Of a stretch of 55,984 nucleotides of DNA, positions 9,525 to 18,387 are shown one piece after another. Origin of the DNA: an uncultured Hyunsoonleella sp. (GTDB taxonomy: Bacteria; Bacteroidota; Bacteroidia; Flavobacteriales; Flavobacteriaceae); NCBI GenBank assembly GCA_964562415.1, contig CAZLTR010000001.1:4531-60514 (forward strand), read 5' to 3'. The notes under the pieces are model-generated. The model did no database searches and was not told the DNA's origin. It saw only the letters and a program-made list of their open reading frames with translations. Positions within the stretch are counted from its first letter, which is position 1. Each line of letters starts with the position of its first letter. A program made the translations under genes and the position numbers.

Positions 9525-11891
9525 TTATTGTAGTACGTATCGAATTTTAAAATAAAAAGCGCGCCCTGGCTTTTGTACGCTTAAATTATCAAACAAGCGC
9601 GCATTGGTAATATTACTTATCAAAAAGGAGACATGATAACGGTTGGCGTTGAAACGGTATCCTAATTGTAGATTATGAGACCATTGTTCTGGAATAAACC
9701 GTCTTGCTTCTGGTTCTCCATTGGTAAAAGACTCGAAAGGAAAGGCTTTTGTATAAAATGTATGCCAATTGACCGAAAGCGCATCTGTTGTTTTAAACAC
9801 ATCAAAAGTATATCCTGAGGAAAAGTTACCATACAGATAAGGAATGTTAGCCACACGTTCTTGTGTTATAGGATCTTGTATGTTAATATAGGTCACATTA
9901 GAATTAACCTGTAACTTTTTATAAGGCTTTAAACGCAGTTCTGCTTCTATACCACGACTGTCTATCTCTGTCCTGTTAATGTATTGCGCTCTATTTCCTA
10001 ACACGCGCAAAAACAAAAAATTACGAGCATCTCTATGGAATGCATTAACATCTACATCGGCTCTAAAAGTAGAATTTGAAAATGTATATAACAGCCCTAA
10101 ATTTAAATTTTTACTTTCCTCTGGTTCCAATTCTGGATTGGCAATAAGATTAAGCCCATCTCCAAAAAACTCAAACCCTTCTGGTACTCTAAAGGTTTTT
10201 TCAAACGACAATTTTATACGCAAATCATTAACAATACGGTAAGATGCTGCGGCACCATAACCATAAGTTTCGTAAGCATTATTAATGGTTGTGAGGCGGG
10301 TAGCCTCACTGGCAGCAAAAAGATCTTCTAAAACACTGGAGGTGTTTACAAAAAAGCCTTTTCCAAATACTACAGATTTGAAACGCTTTTGAAAGGCTAA
10401 AAAATTATATCCCAAACCTAAAACATGTTTGTCAATTTGGTTTGGGTTCTCAAAAGGCGACTGGTTATTACGTGCTGGATCTTTTCCCTCACGCTTTAAA
10501 TCATTTTTAGTATAATTAAAATCTAAGATATGTTGTGTATGGAAACGGTACTGCAAGGCCGCATTTAACAATTGCCGTTGGTCCTCAAACTCTAATAAAG
10601 TTTTAGTGTTTCCCGTTTCTCCAATAGAAGGGTTGCGACGCAACTCAAACGCTCTAAACCAATCGTATTTTCGAGAGGACGTGTCTCTTATTTTTAAATT
10701 AAGCAGTGTATAATCGGCATAAAACTTAACATCTAACTTCCCATTTAACAACTTTTGTTTCGCATAAGAGAAAGAAACTCTTTTAACGTCTTCTTCAGTT
10801 TCTACGTCATTAAAAGGATCTACAGGACTTACCCCATGTTGTATTTCATTGGTATTACCAGATACCGTTGCGCCTATGAGTAATTTATCGGCATAGGCTT
10901 TACCAACCAGCCCTGCTTTTAGTTGTACCATATGCGAGGTGTAAGCATCATGAAAACGTCTTGCTGTTGGCCTGCGTTCCCCTGTATCGTTACCCAAATT
11001 ATCTCTTACGATAAAGCCCTCTACACCAAATTGATTCCCATTAATACGATAATCATTATCGGAATAATTATAAAAGGAAGCAATTTGTAAGGTGCCCCCA
11101 TTTTTGGAATAAAAATGCCCATTTAAAGTCGCGCGGTGTGTGGTAAACGAGCCTACATCGTAAGACAGGTCTAAAATATTCTCTTGTTTTTCACGTGTAA
11201 TGATATTAATAGCACCTCCAAGCGCATCGGCTCCAAAATATATAGGCACAACCCCTTTATAAACTTCCACGCGCTCTATTAAGGTGGCTGGAAAATTATT
11301 AAAACTTAAAGAGCTGCCTAAATTATCTTGAGGAATCCCATCGATAAAAAAACGAACTTGATGTCCTGAAAATCCATTTAAAGAAAAATTAAAATTAGCT
11401 CCTAAACCGCCATTTTGCCTAATATTTACCCCTGGAAGCGTCGCTAATACACCATTAATATCTATACTGGCATTTTTAAGCGTTTTAATGTCTAAAGCTT
11501 CCACTTCAAATGCACTCGCTTTTATACGCTCTACTTTACCAGCCCCCTCTACAGTCACATCATTTAAACGTTCTACATCGGGTATTAATTGAATGCTTAA
11601 CACGGTAGTATTAGAAGCTGTCTTTACCGTTACAATTTTAGTAACAAAACCCACATAACTAATACTTAAACGGTATTGGCCTTTAGGTAACTCAAGTACA
11701 AAGGTGCCTTCTATATCACTACTAACTCCTGTATTCTTTAAGTCTAGTACCACGATTGTGGCTCCTGCCAGTGGTTGTAAATTTTCATCCACTACTTTTC
11801 CTTTGATCTGCTGTTGTGCAGTACTTATAAAAGCTAACAACATAACACTAAGACCTATTCCCCCTTTTAGTTTTTTAACAATTTCTAACAC
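9525..11891 (-). CDS. TonB-dependent receptor (probable ferri-siderophore uptake)
   Basis: Signal peptide, CarboxypepD_reg-like N-domain, plug motif IERVEVYKG...GADALGGAINIIT, C-terminal PGRAFYFKIRY. Confidence 0.93.
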   Translation of the reverse strand: MLEIVKKLKGGIGLSVMLLAFISTAQQQIKGKVVDENLQPLAGATIVVLDLKNTGVSSDIEGTFVLELPKGQYRLSISYVGFVTKIVTVKTASNTTVLSIQLIPDVERLNDVTVEGAGKVERIKASAFEVEALDIKTLKNASIDINGVLATLPGVNIRQNGGLGANFNFSLNGFSGHQVRFFIDGIPQDNLGSSLSFNNFPATLIERVEVYKGVVPIYFGADALGGAINIITREKQENILDLSYDVGSFTTHRATLNGHFYSKNGGTLQIASFYNYSDNDYRINGNQFGVEGFIVRDNLGNDTGERRPTARRFHDAYTSHMVQLKAGLVGKAYADKLLIGATVSGNTNEIQHGVSPVDPFNDVETEEDVKRVSFSYAKQKLLNGKLDVKFYADYTLLNLKIRDTSSRKYDWFRAFELRRNPSIGETGNTKTLLEFEDQRQLLNAALQYRFHTQHILDFNYTKNDLKREGKDPARNNQSPFENPNQIDKHVLGLGYNFLAFQKRFKSVVFGKGFFVNTSSVLEDLFAASEATRLTTINNAYETYGYGAAASYRIVNDLRIKLSFEKTFRVPEGFEFFGDGLNLIANPELEPEESKNLNLGLLYTFSNSTFRADVDVNAFHRDARNFLFLRVLGNRAQYINRTEIDSRGIEAELRLKPYKKLQVNSNVTYINIQDPITQERVANIPYLYGNFSSGYTFDVFKTTDALSVNWHTFYTKAFPFESFTNGEPEARRFIPEQWSHNLQLGYRFNANRYHVSFLISNITNARLFDNLSVQKPGRAFYFKIRYVLQ

Positions 11892-11924
11892 TTTCCCTTA
11901 AAATTTGGCTAAAGTTTTATAATA

Positions 11925-11947
11925 TTATTTATATTTGATCTAAATAA
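11925..11947. promoter_or_regulatory. Putative Fur box upstream of the TonB receptor operon
   Basis: TTATTTATATTTGATCTAAATAA, with palindromic TTATTTA/TAAATAA arms; 21/23 identical to 27333-27355; a -7 element TAGTTTTG lies on the minus strand at 11957-11964. Confidence 0.7.
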
Positions 11948-11984
11948 ATATAGCTACAAAACTACTATCTATATGTAAACAAAA

Positions 11985-12012
11985 ATGACGTATTATGGAT
12001 AAAAAAAGACGT
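11985..12012. promoter_or_regulatory. Putative AraC-family activator site (copy 1)
   Basis: ATGACGTATTATGGATAAAAAAAGACGT; GACGT repeated at 21-bp spacing; 26/28 identical to 27391-27418. Confidence 0.65.
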
Positions 12013-12990
12013 GATAAAACGTCTCTAAATACTACTGACCTAAAAAGGAAAGCGGCATGTGCATTAAAAGCAATAAGTGAACTTACTTACACCGAAAACA
12101 AATGTGGCATTACTTCTGAACATTATGAGTTTAAGAAAACACACGGAGATGGGTATTTTGAATACCACTATTTTGATGGCGTATTCTTAGGTATATACGA
12201 TGTGGTACTTCAAAATGATATAGAGGCTAACGCTTACTTTTCACAAGACTTTTTAGAACTATCTTTTCTTATTGAAGGAGAACAAATTATACGAATTGAT
12301 GGCATGGATCATGACATTGTTTACGAAAGCCAAGACAGTTACTTGGTCTACCTATCTCAAGTCAACGCCAAGGTTTCGTATTATAAGCGTAAACATTTAA
12401 AAGAGGTTAAAATTAGATTGCATACTAAATTTTTAAAACGCCATCAATTGCTTGATGCCTACGACATTTTAAACACCTATGCTTTAAAACATATTAAAAA
12501 TGCTCTTATTAAGCCCCTTTGTTCAAAGACACAGGATATTCTTTTAGAACTTATATACGACAAACGCAAAGGTTTACCCAAACGCTTATTTATAGAATCT
12601 AAAGCTTTGGAATTATTAGCACTCAAATTGGACGTAGCAACAAAAGGTACCACACATTACCAAACCGATCACATCATTAAGAAACTCTACCAAATACAGC
12701 ACTATATTGCCTCTAATTTAGCAACGCACTACTCCATACAAGATCTTTCTAAAAAAACAGGGTTAAATGATTTCTTATTAAAAAAGGAATTTAAACGTGT
12801 GTTCCAACAAACCATTTTTGAATATGCGCATAACTTACGCATGAAGAAAGCAAAACAACTGCTGCACCACAGTACCAAACCTATCTATGAAATTTCAGAA
12901 GCTATTGGCTATAAAAATGCGACACATTTTACAGCTGCTTTTAAAAAATTAGAAGGTATTACACCTAAGAAATATAGAGGGAAAATCTAA
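11995..12990 (+). CDS. AraC family regulator (PchR/YbtA-like siderophore-responsive type)
   Basis: LFIESKALELL, LKKEFKRVFQQTIFEY, GYKNATHFTAAFKKLEGITPKKYR; divergent from the receptor gene. Confidence 0.92.
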   Translation: MDKKRRDKTSLNTTDLKRKAACALKAISELTYTENKCGITSEHYEFKKTHGDGYFEYHYFDGVFLGIYDVVLQNDIEANAYFSQDFLELSFLIEGEQIIRIDGMDHDIVYESQDSYLVYLSQVNAKVSYYKRKHLKEVKIRLHTKFLKRHQLLDAYDILNTYALKHIKNALIKPLCSKTQDILLELIYDKRKGLPKRLFIESKALELLALKLDVATKGTTHYQTDHIIKKLYQIQHYIASNLATHYSIQDLSKKTGLNDFLLKKEFKRVFQQTIFEYAHNLRMKKAKQLLHHSTKPIYEISEAIGYKNATHFTAAFKKLEGITPKKYRGKI

Positions 12991-13026
12991 AATATATTAT
13001 GTGGGGTTTTACAGTGCCCAGATTAT

Positions 13027-13782
13027 CTATTCTAACCAGTTCTTAAAGTCTTTAACCCGTTCTCGTGCCACTATAATATCTTGGTCATTATAAGATGTTA
13101 GCTTTATTTGCAAACGCGAATTGGTGTAATTTAACATGTCTTTTATAGCATGTATGTTGACATAAAATTTACGGTTAATTCGGAAAAACACTTCTGGATC
13201 TAAATCGTCTTGTAGCTGTTCTAAGCTCCCATCTATTAAGTACGACCGCCCTTCTGTTGTGTGTATATAAGCTCCCTTATTTTCACTGTAAATACATTCT
13301 ATAGCTGCAGTAGATACCAACTTTAAGTGCTGCCCTATTTTAACCGAAAATCGCTTTTTATACTTTGGAATGTCTGGTGTTACCAATAATTTTTTTACAG
13401 CATTAACATCTAAAGTCACAGGCTGCTGCACCGCAATACGTGCCTTATACTTATCTAATGCAGCCCTCAAATCGGCTTCATCTATAGGTTTTAATAAATA
13501 GTCTATACTGTTTAATTTAAAGGCTTGTAAGGCATAAGCATCGTAAGCTGTGGTAAAGATAACAGCACTCTTAATTTCAATGGCCTCAAAAATTTCAAAA
13601 GATACCCCATCACTCAATTGAATGTCTAAAAAAATAAGATCGGGATGGGGATGTGCTGCAAACCAAGCAATAGCAGTTTCAACAGAGTGTAACATGGTAT
13701 TTACCTCTATACCTACCCCTTTTAACATACGTTGCAAGTACCTTGCAGAAGGTTTCTCGTCTTCTATAATTAATACGGTCAT
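13027..13782 (-). CDS. LytTR family response regulator
   Basis: IIEDE, LIFLDIQLSDG, FTTAYD, YLLKP, FFRINR. Confidence 0.95.
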   Translation of the reverse strand: MTVLIIEDEKPSARYLQRMLKGVGIEVNTMLHSVETAIAWFAAHPHPDLIFLDIQLSDGVSFEIFEAIEIKSAVIFTTAYDAYALQAFKLNSIDYLLKPIDEADLRAALDKYKARIAVQQPVTLDVNAVKKLLVTPDIPKYKKRFSVKIGQHLKLVSTAAIECIYSENKGAYIHTTEGRSYLIDGSLEQLQDDLDPEVFFRINRKFYVNIHAIKDMLNYTNSRLQIKLTSYNDQDIIVARERVKDFKNWLE

Positions 13783-13810
13783 TTAGTTTATTTTAAAATA
13801 CTTTTTTATA

Positions 13811-14122
13811 CTATTTATCACGTACGGCAAACAGCCTATCTTCTTCCATAAACGCTTCTATTTGACGGTTTTCCCATTCCCGTCCTAATATGCCATTAGT
13901 TACAAACACGCGATAGCTATGAAATGCAAGTCCCATCCCCCAACCTATTGCAGGATACCAAAACCATTTATACCCCCAAAATGTCATGCAGTTTATAAAA
14001 ATTAAAATGAGAACAACCAAACCAAAAGATAGGAGGTGGCAATAAAAGCCCTTTAGTTCGGTAACTTGCTTTTTTGCTCTTAAATAGCGTTGTTCTTCTG
14101 TTAATGTATATGTTTTTGTCAT
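13811..14122 (-). CDS. 2TM domain protein
   Basis: RYLRAKKQV..LKGFYCHL...WFWYPAIGWGMGLAFH...WENRQI. Confidence 0.88.
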   Translation of the reverse strand: MTKTYTLTEEQRYLRAKKQVTELKGFYCHLLSFGLVVLILIFINCMTFWGYKWFWYPAIGWGMGLAFHSYRVFVTNGILGREWENRQIEAFMEEDRLFAVRDK

Positions 14123-14141
14123 ACACTCTTATATTTTAGGT

Positions 14142-15476
14142 TCAACGTTCTGTACGTTCTTTTTTTATAAATTCTTCTACTTTGCGTTTTTCCCAGCGTT
14201 TGCCTATATGCCCTGCAGGTACAAACACCTTAATTGCTCGTATAAATAGTCCTAAACCCCAGCCTAATAAAGGAAACCAAAACCAATGAAACCTCCAAGA
14301 CGTGCTATAGTTTACATAAATTAAAAAAGGCATCACAACACTAAAAGCCATAAGACTGTAATAAAACTTTTTAAGTGCATCTACATGATTAAGTGCACGT
14401 GCATACACCTCATCTTTTTGTGGTGAAGCAGGAGATGTGAACACTGATTCTGAATCTGTTATAAGAGGCAGAGACACTGCAAATTTATCAGTTCCTTTAG
14501 CAATTTGCACGGTTTTACGCGTTAGCAAGCTGTAACGTTGCTCTATATTATTTAAGCCTACCCCGCCACTCCTTTTTATAATTTGTTTGGGTTGTAAATT
14601 ATTTTCAACCACCAAACAGCCCTCCGATTCATAAATTTTAATGTACAAAGGCGCACTTGAGGTCACTCTGTTATGTTTTACTGCATTTTCTAATAGCAAC
14701 TGCAACGCTAAGGGCACCACTTTAGAATCGGGATGTAAAATCCTTTGAGGCATTTCGAAAATAATACTGTCCTCAAATCGCATTTTTAGTAATGACATGT
14801 AGGTTTTAGCAAATTGCAATTCTTCTTCTACTGTGACCAATGTTTTATCTTTTTGCTCTAAAACATAACGGTATACTTTAGATAAAGCTGTGGTAAAGCG
14901 CTGAGCTGCCTCTGGATTTTCTTCTATTAAACTGTTCAATACATTTAAACTATTAAAGAGAAAATGTGGGTCTAACTGGTTTTTTAAGGCATTAAATTTA
15001 GCACTTACGGTACCTACGATAGCCTTTTGTTCCTTTAACCTATTTTGTTGGTAACGGTTATAGAAATAAATCGCATGAAACAGTGTAATCACGACAAAAG
15101 TGAGTCCTAAGCCAAAGTAATAATTGCTAAATTTTTCTCTGCTAATAAACTCTAAAAACGAATAACGCCCTGTGCTTAGCACTGTAACTAATCGTAATAA
15201 GAATAAGCCTATAAGTGTAATGAGCGTGCTCCCCGTGATGCTTAAAAAAATGCGTTTAAAACTGTCTTCTTGGTTCCAAGAGCGGCGTCTTAGATAAGCA
15301 AAAAACCACATATTAGAGTACCCTAGAACAAAAGCATATAATTGATTCATCAACACATCGATGATGAGATGAGACACGCTATTAAAATGAAACCCCTTAA
15401 AGAATAAATTACTTACGATAAAGGATGCAATACCTATACTAAAAGTAATGAGAATCGTTTTATTTGATGTTAACAT
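14142..15476 (-). CDS. LytS/YehU-type sensor histidine kinase with C-terminal 2TM domain
   Basis: LKNQLDPHFLFNSLN, QLLLENAVKHN, GVGLNNI; N-terminal TMs; C-terminal 2TM. Confidence 0.93.
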   Translation of the reverse strand: MLTSNKTILITFSIGIASFIVSNLFFKGFHFNSVSHLIIDVLMNQLYAFVLGYSNMWFFAYLRRRSWNQEDSFKRIFLSITGSTLITLIGLFLLRLVTVLSTGRYSFLEFISREKFSNYYFGLGLTFVVITLFHAIYFYNRYQQNRLKEQKAIVGTVSAKFNALKNQLDPHFLFNSLNVLNSLIEENPEAAQRFTTALSKVYRYVLEQKDKTLVTVEEELQFAKTYMSLLKMRFEDSIIFEMPQRILHPDSKVVPLALQLLLENAVKHNRVTSSAPLYIKIYESEGCLVVENNLQPKQIIKRSGGVGLNNIEQRYSLLTRKTVQIAKGTDKFAVSLPLITDSESVFTSPASPQKDEVYARALNHVDALKKFYYSLMAFSVVMPFLIYVNYSTSWRFHWFWFPLLGWGLGLFIRAIKVFVPAGHIGKRWEKRKVEEFIKKERTER

Positions 15477-15506
15477 AATTTATGCAACTAATTAATAATA
15501 CTATGA

Positions 15507-16132
15507 TTATGACTTCCTACAGGATGCTAATGCTTTTTTTGTTCTGTTTTCCCCCCAATTAGGATGTAATGGTGTTTCTGGTTTAAAAGTAGCAAAAAGT
15601 TCTAAAGCATGTTCTAATGTTTTGCAAAACGGTGCTGTATCTTTTCCAAAATAACGTGCCTTCCCCATTTTCCATCTCACTCTGTTATATACTACCCTTG
15701 GATTATGAGGCGCTATAAATACCGCTTTCTCATATAAGGTTTCTACCGGTTCTGATAGAAATCTACCATAGGTTGCTCCATCAAAAGCAATCCAAGCAGT
15801 GTGCAGCAATGCTTGCAGCACCATAAGTTCTGGATTGTCTTTAGAAATTGCTTCTGCTTTGTTTAGCAACTCCTGTGCCTCCTCTAAGCGTTCTGATAGA
15901 AGTATTTTGTCTTTAACTCCAAAACTGCTTATTATTTGAATTTGAGACGCATAATATAATGGCAACCATTCATTAGGAGTAGTTTTAGCAATCTGTTCGA
16001 ATGCGTGTAGCGCCTCTGTTTTTTTTGAGTGTTCATAAGTGTTAAAGCATCTTTCATCTGAGTTTCGTAATGCGTTTGTGCTGTAGCCACCTTCAAAATA
16101 AATAAGGCTGTAATAATAACTAAGTATTTCAT
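15507..16132 (-). pseudogene. Secreted TPR-like protein, frameshifted at an A8 tract (16019-16026)
   Basis: Signal peptide MKYLVIITALFILKVATAQ starts at 16132; one extra A restores ...MNTQKKTEALHAFEQIAK...WLPLYY...NPRV...PNWG. Confidence 0.75.
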
Positions 16133-16221
16133 GATCTTGATTTAAAAAATTAATGTTCGTTTTTCGATGTATTGATTGGTACAAAGATCCTGTACTAATA
16201 AGGTTTTAAAAAAAAGGAACT

Positions 16222-16253
16222 CCCGAACTGTTAATTTTTAATACTGAACTGTA
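16222..16253 (-). promoter_or_regulatory. LytTR-type direct-repeat binding site
   Basis: Minus strand ACAGTTCAGT ... ACAGTTCGGG at 21-bp spacing upstream of the TPR-HK-2TM-LytTR operon; resembles the AgrA/LytTR ACAGTT repeat. Confidence 0.7.
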
Positions 16254-16315
16254 ATTACTATCTGTTACTAAAGCTTAAGCGTAGAAATACAACCTCTTTT
16301 AGTATTAGGAGGTTA

Positions 16316-16349
16316 CAAAAACGCCTCACAGTTGTGTTACTGAGAGGCG
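16316..16349 (-). terminator. Intrinsic terminator of the siderophore operon
   Basis: Minus strand CGCCTC-T-CAGT-N6-ACTG-T-GAGGCG followed by TTTTTG, just after the rpfF-like stop. Confidence 0.7.
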
Positions 16350-16377
16350 CTATTATTGTGATAAAGTTTAAAATTCT

Positions 16378-17211
16378 CTAAAAAACTTTGGGGTGTACAT
16401 TTCGCGCTTGAGCCGCTCCTAAACGTTGCATCTTTCGCAAATCGAATGCTGTAGTTTGCATACAGGCGTCTACCCAAATATCTGTAATGCTTAGTAATTC
16501 TGATTTGCGTAAAGGTTGTACACATTTTTTACATTTAATATGGTGATACTCAAAATTAAAATGCACTTGTAACAGCTTTAAAAACGCCTCTAAAGTAGCA
16601 TTACCTTCGCCGTTACGAAAGGTCTTAGCCACAAGCCCCAAGGTTTCAAAATACCGTGCTTTATATACTTTATCACTTCGTATAATCGCATCGGCATCTT
16701 GGCATGTTGTTTTTCGATATAACAAACTGTGCGCACCCATGCCAGGAAACAAATTAAACATATTTTCAGGGAGCCCTAACTTTACAGTATCCTGCGCCAA
16801 AATGAAATCATGAGCCAAAGCACATTCGAATCCGCCACCATAGGCGTTGCCTTCTAATAAAGCTATAGTAATAGCAGGCAAACCAAAAGCCGTATGAATG
16901 GCATGGATAGCATCTACACTTAAATGCGCATAGCTACGCAACTTTTCGGTAGCATTTGTTTTTATACACTTCAAAAAATAAGGCAAATCACCTCCCATAT
17001 TATATATACCTTGGTGTGCCGATGCCGAAACTATAAACCGTAAAGGGCGTTCTTTTACATCTTTAAAATAGGTGCGAACCCAAGTTGAAAACACCTGAAA
17101 CTCTTCCAAGGCTTTTAAACAAAAATTAGGCATTCCTGTGTCTTTAATTTTCCATAACAAAAGCGCTTGGGCTTTGTTGTATGTCACATCGATATAGTTA
17201 AACTGTTGCAT
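16378..17211 (-). CDS. rpfF: Crotonase-family protein, RpfF/DSF-synthase-like
   Basis: YNMGGDLPYF, LRSYAHLSVDAIH, GNAYGGGFECALA, LGLPENMFNLFPGMGA; both catalytic Glu present; the LFPGMGA and LxxYA features are typical of RpfF. Confidence 0.72.
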   Translation of the reverse strand: MQQFNYIDVTYNKAQALLLWKIKDTGMPNFCLKALEEFQVFSTWVRTYFKDVKERPLRFIVSASAHQGIYNMGGDLPYFLKCIKTNATEKLRSYAHLSVDAIHAIHTAFGLPAITIALLEGNAYGGGFECALAHDFILAQDTVKLGLPENMFNLFPGMGAHSLLYRKTTCQDADAIIRSDKVYKARYFETLGLVAKTFRNGEGNATLEAFLKLLQVHFNFEYHHIKCKKCVQPLRKSELLSITDIWVDACMQTTAFDLRKMQRLGAAQARNVHPKVF

Positions 17212-17215
17212 CCTA

Positions 17216-18334
17216 TTATAATTTTTGCAGCTCTACCTTTTTAACTTCAGATTTCTTTTTGCGGCTTGCGAATCGTGAAAATTTTAGTTTATTCTCCATT
17301 AATTCTTGAATACCTATAGTAAGTATGATAAAAACTGGAATAAACAATAGCACATCTACAACACCATACTTTTGGTATCCAAACACGCCCATACCCCAAC
17401 ATATAATCACCCATTGGATTACGTAAATTGAGGTGACACGTTTGCTACAGTAATAAAAACATTTAAAAATAACATTAGTTTTAATTCGTGTAACCAATAC
17501 ATTCGCAAACCACATGAGTACAAGGTTGAATCCTGCCAAATACAAGGTCCCTCCTGGCCCCAAATGAAAGTAATCTCCAAAATGATACTCAAAATCTATA
17601 AAACACAAACTTCCGCCTATACCCATTAAAGGCAAACCTGCCAATCCCATTCGGTTAAATAAATGAGTTGCACTTCTATGTGTCTCCAAATACCATTTTC
17701 CAAAAAACATCCCAATAAGAATAAAAGAAAACCATGGAAAAACTGCAAAATACACATTCCACTCTCCTCCCCACAATAAGTCTAAAACATAATCAACCCC
17801 CGTAATACCAACTCTAAATCCATGTACCCATTTGGTGCTTAAAGCGATACATAAGCCCAGTACCAAAGGCACATATTTGGTTTTAGACACACCATTAACC
17901 ACACCCATAAACAGTAATGAAACCCCAGCCAATTGCAGAATATCTCCTGTGCCTAATACATATAACATCTGCTCTAAAGTTACGGGTTTAGTCCACCCGT
18001 AAGCAGCTATAAATTCATCTGGAACAGTACCTATTAAAATGGGGAGGACAAATTTTAAGAAATTCATAAGATACCCTACTCCTAAAATATAGAATGTACG
18101 TTTAAGAGATAATACGATACTTTGGTTTCGCGATAAAGTAAAGGAAACGCCCATGGCAATTAAAAACATTGGTGTGCCTTTGCCTATAAAATGAATCACA
18201 CTACCCAGCCAAGTTGTGGTTTGGGTGGGGATATCTCCATAAATCCATAAGGTATGGACTATAATTACCATGAGTACACTTATACCTCTGGCTAAATCTA
18301 TTGCTAAAATGCGTTTGGGTTGAATCATTGACAT
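17216..18334 (-). CDS. Membrane acyltransferase-like protein (HGSNAT/DUF1624 family)
   Basis: RILAIDLARGISVLMVIIVH, GDILQLAG, YFAVFPWFSFILIG; about 9-10 TMs. Confidence 0.8.
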   Translation of the reverse strand: MSMIQPKRILAIDLARGISVLMVIIVHTLWIYGDIPTQTTTWLGSVIHFIGKGTPMFLIAMGVSFTLSRNQSIVLSLKRTFYILGVGYLMNFLKFVLPILIGTVPDEFIAAYGWTKPVTLEQMLYVLGTGDILQLAGVSLLFMGVVNGVSKTKYVPLVLGLCIALSTKWVHGFRVGITGVDYVLDLLWGGEWNVYFAVFPWFSFILIGMFFGKWYLETHRSATHLFNRMGLAGLPLMGIGGSLCFIDFEYHFGDYFHLGPGGTLYLAGFNLVLMWFANVLVTRIKTNVIFKCFYYCSKRVTSIYVIQWVIICWGMGVFGYQKYGVVDVLLFIPVFIILTIGIQELMENKLKFSRFASRKKKSEVKKVELQKL

Positions 18335-18387
18335 TGTGTTATAATTAAAATGGATTGTATTAACTTATTATGTTTGTATAAAATATA

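Noticed and set aside
15932-16184. Separate 66-aa gene and the MYQSIHRK N-terminus of the 225-aa ORF
   Set aside because: Both are explained by one frameshifted gene starting at 16132.
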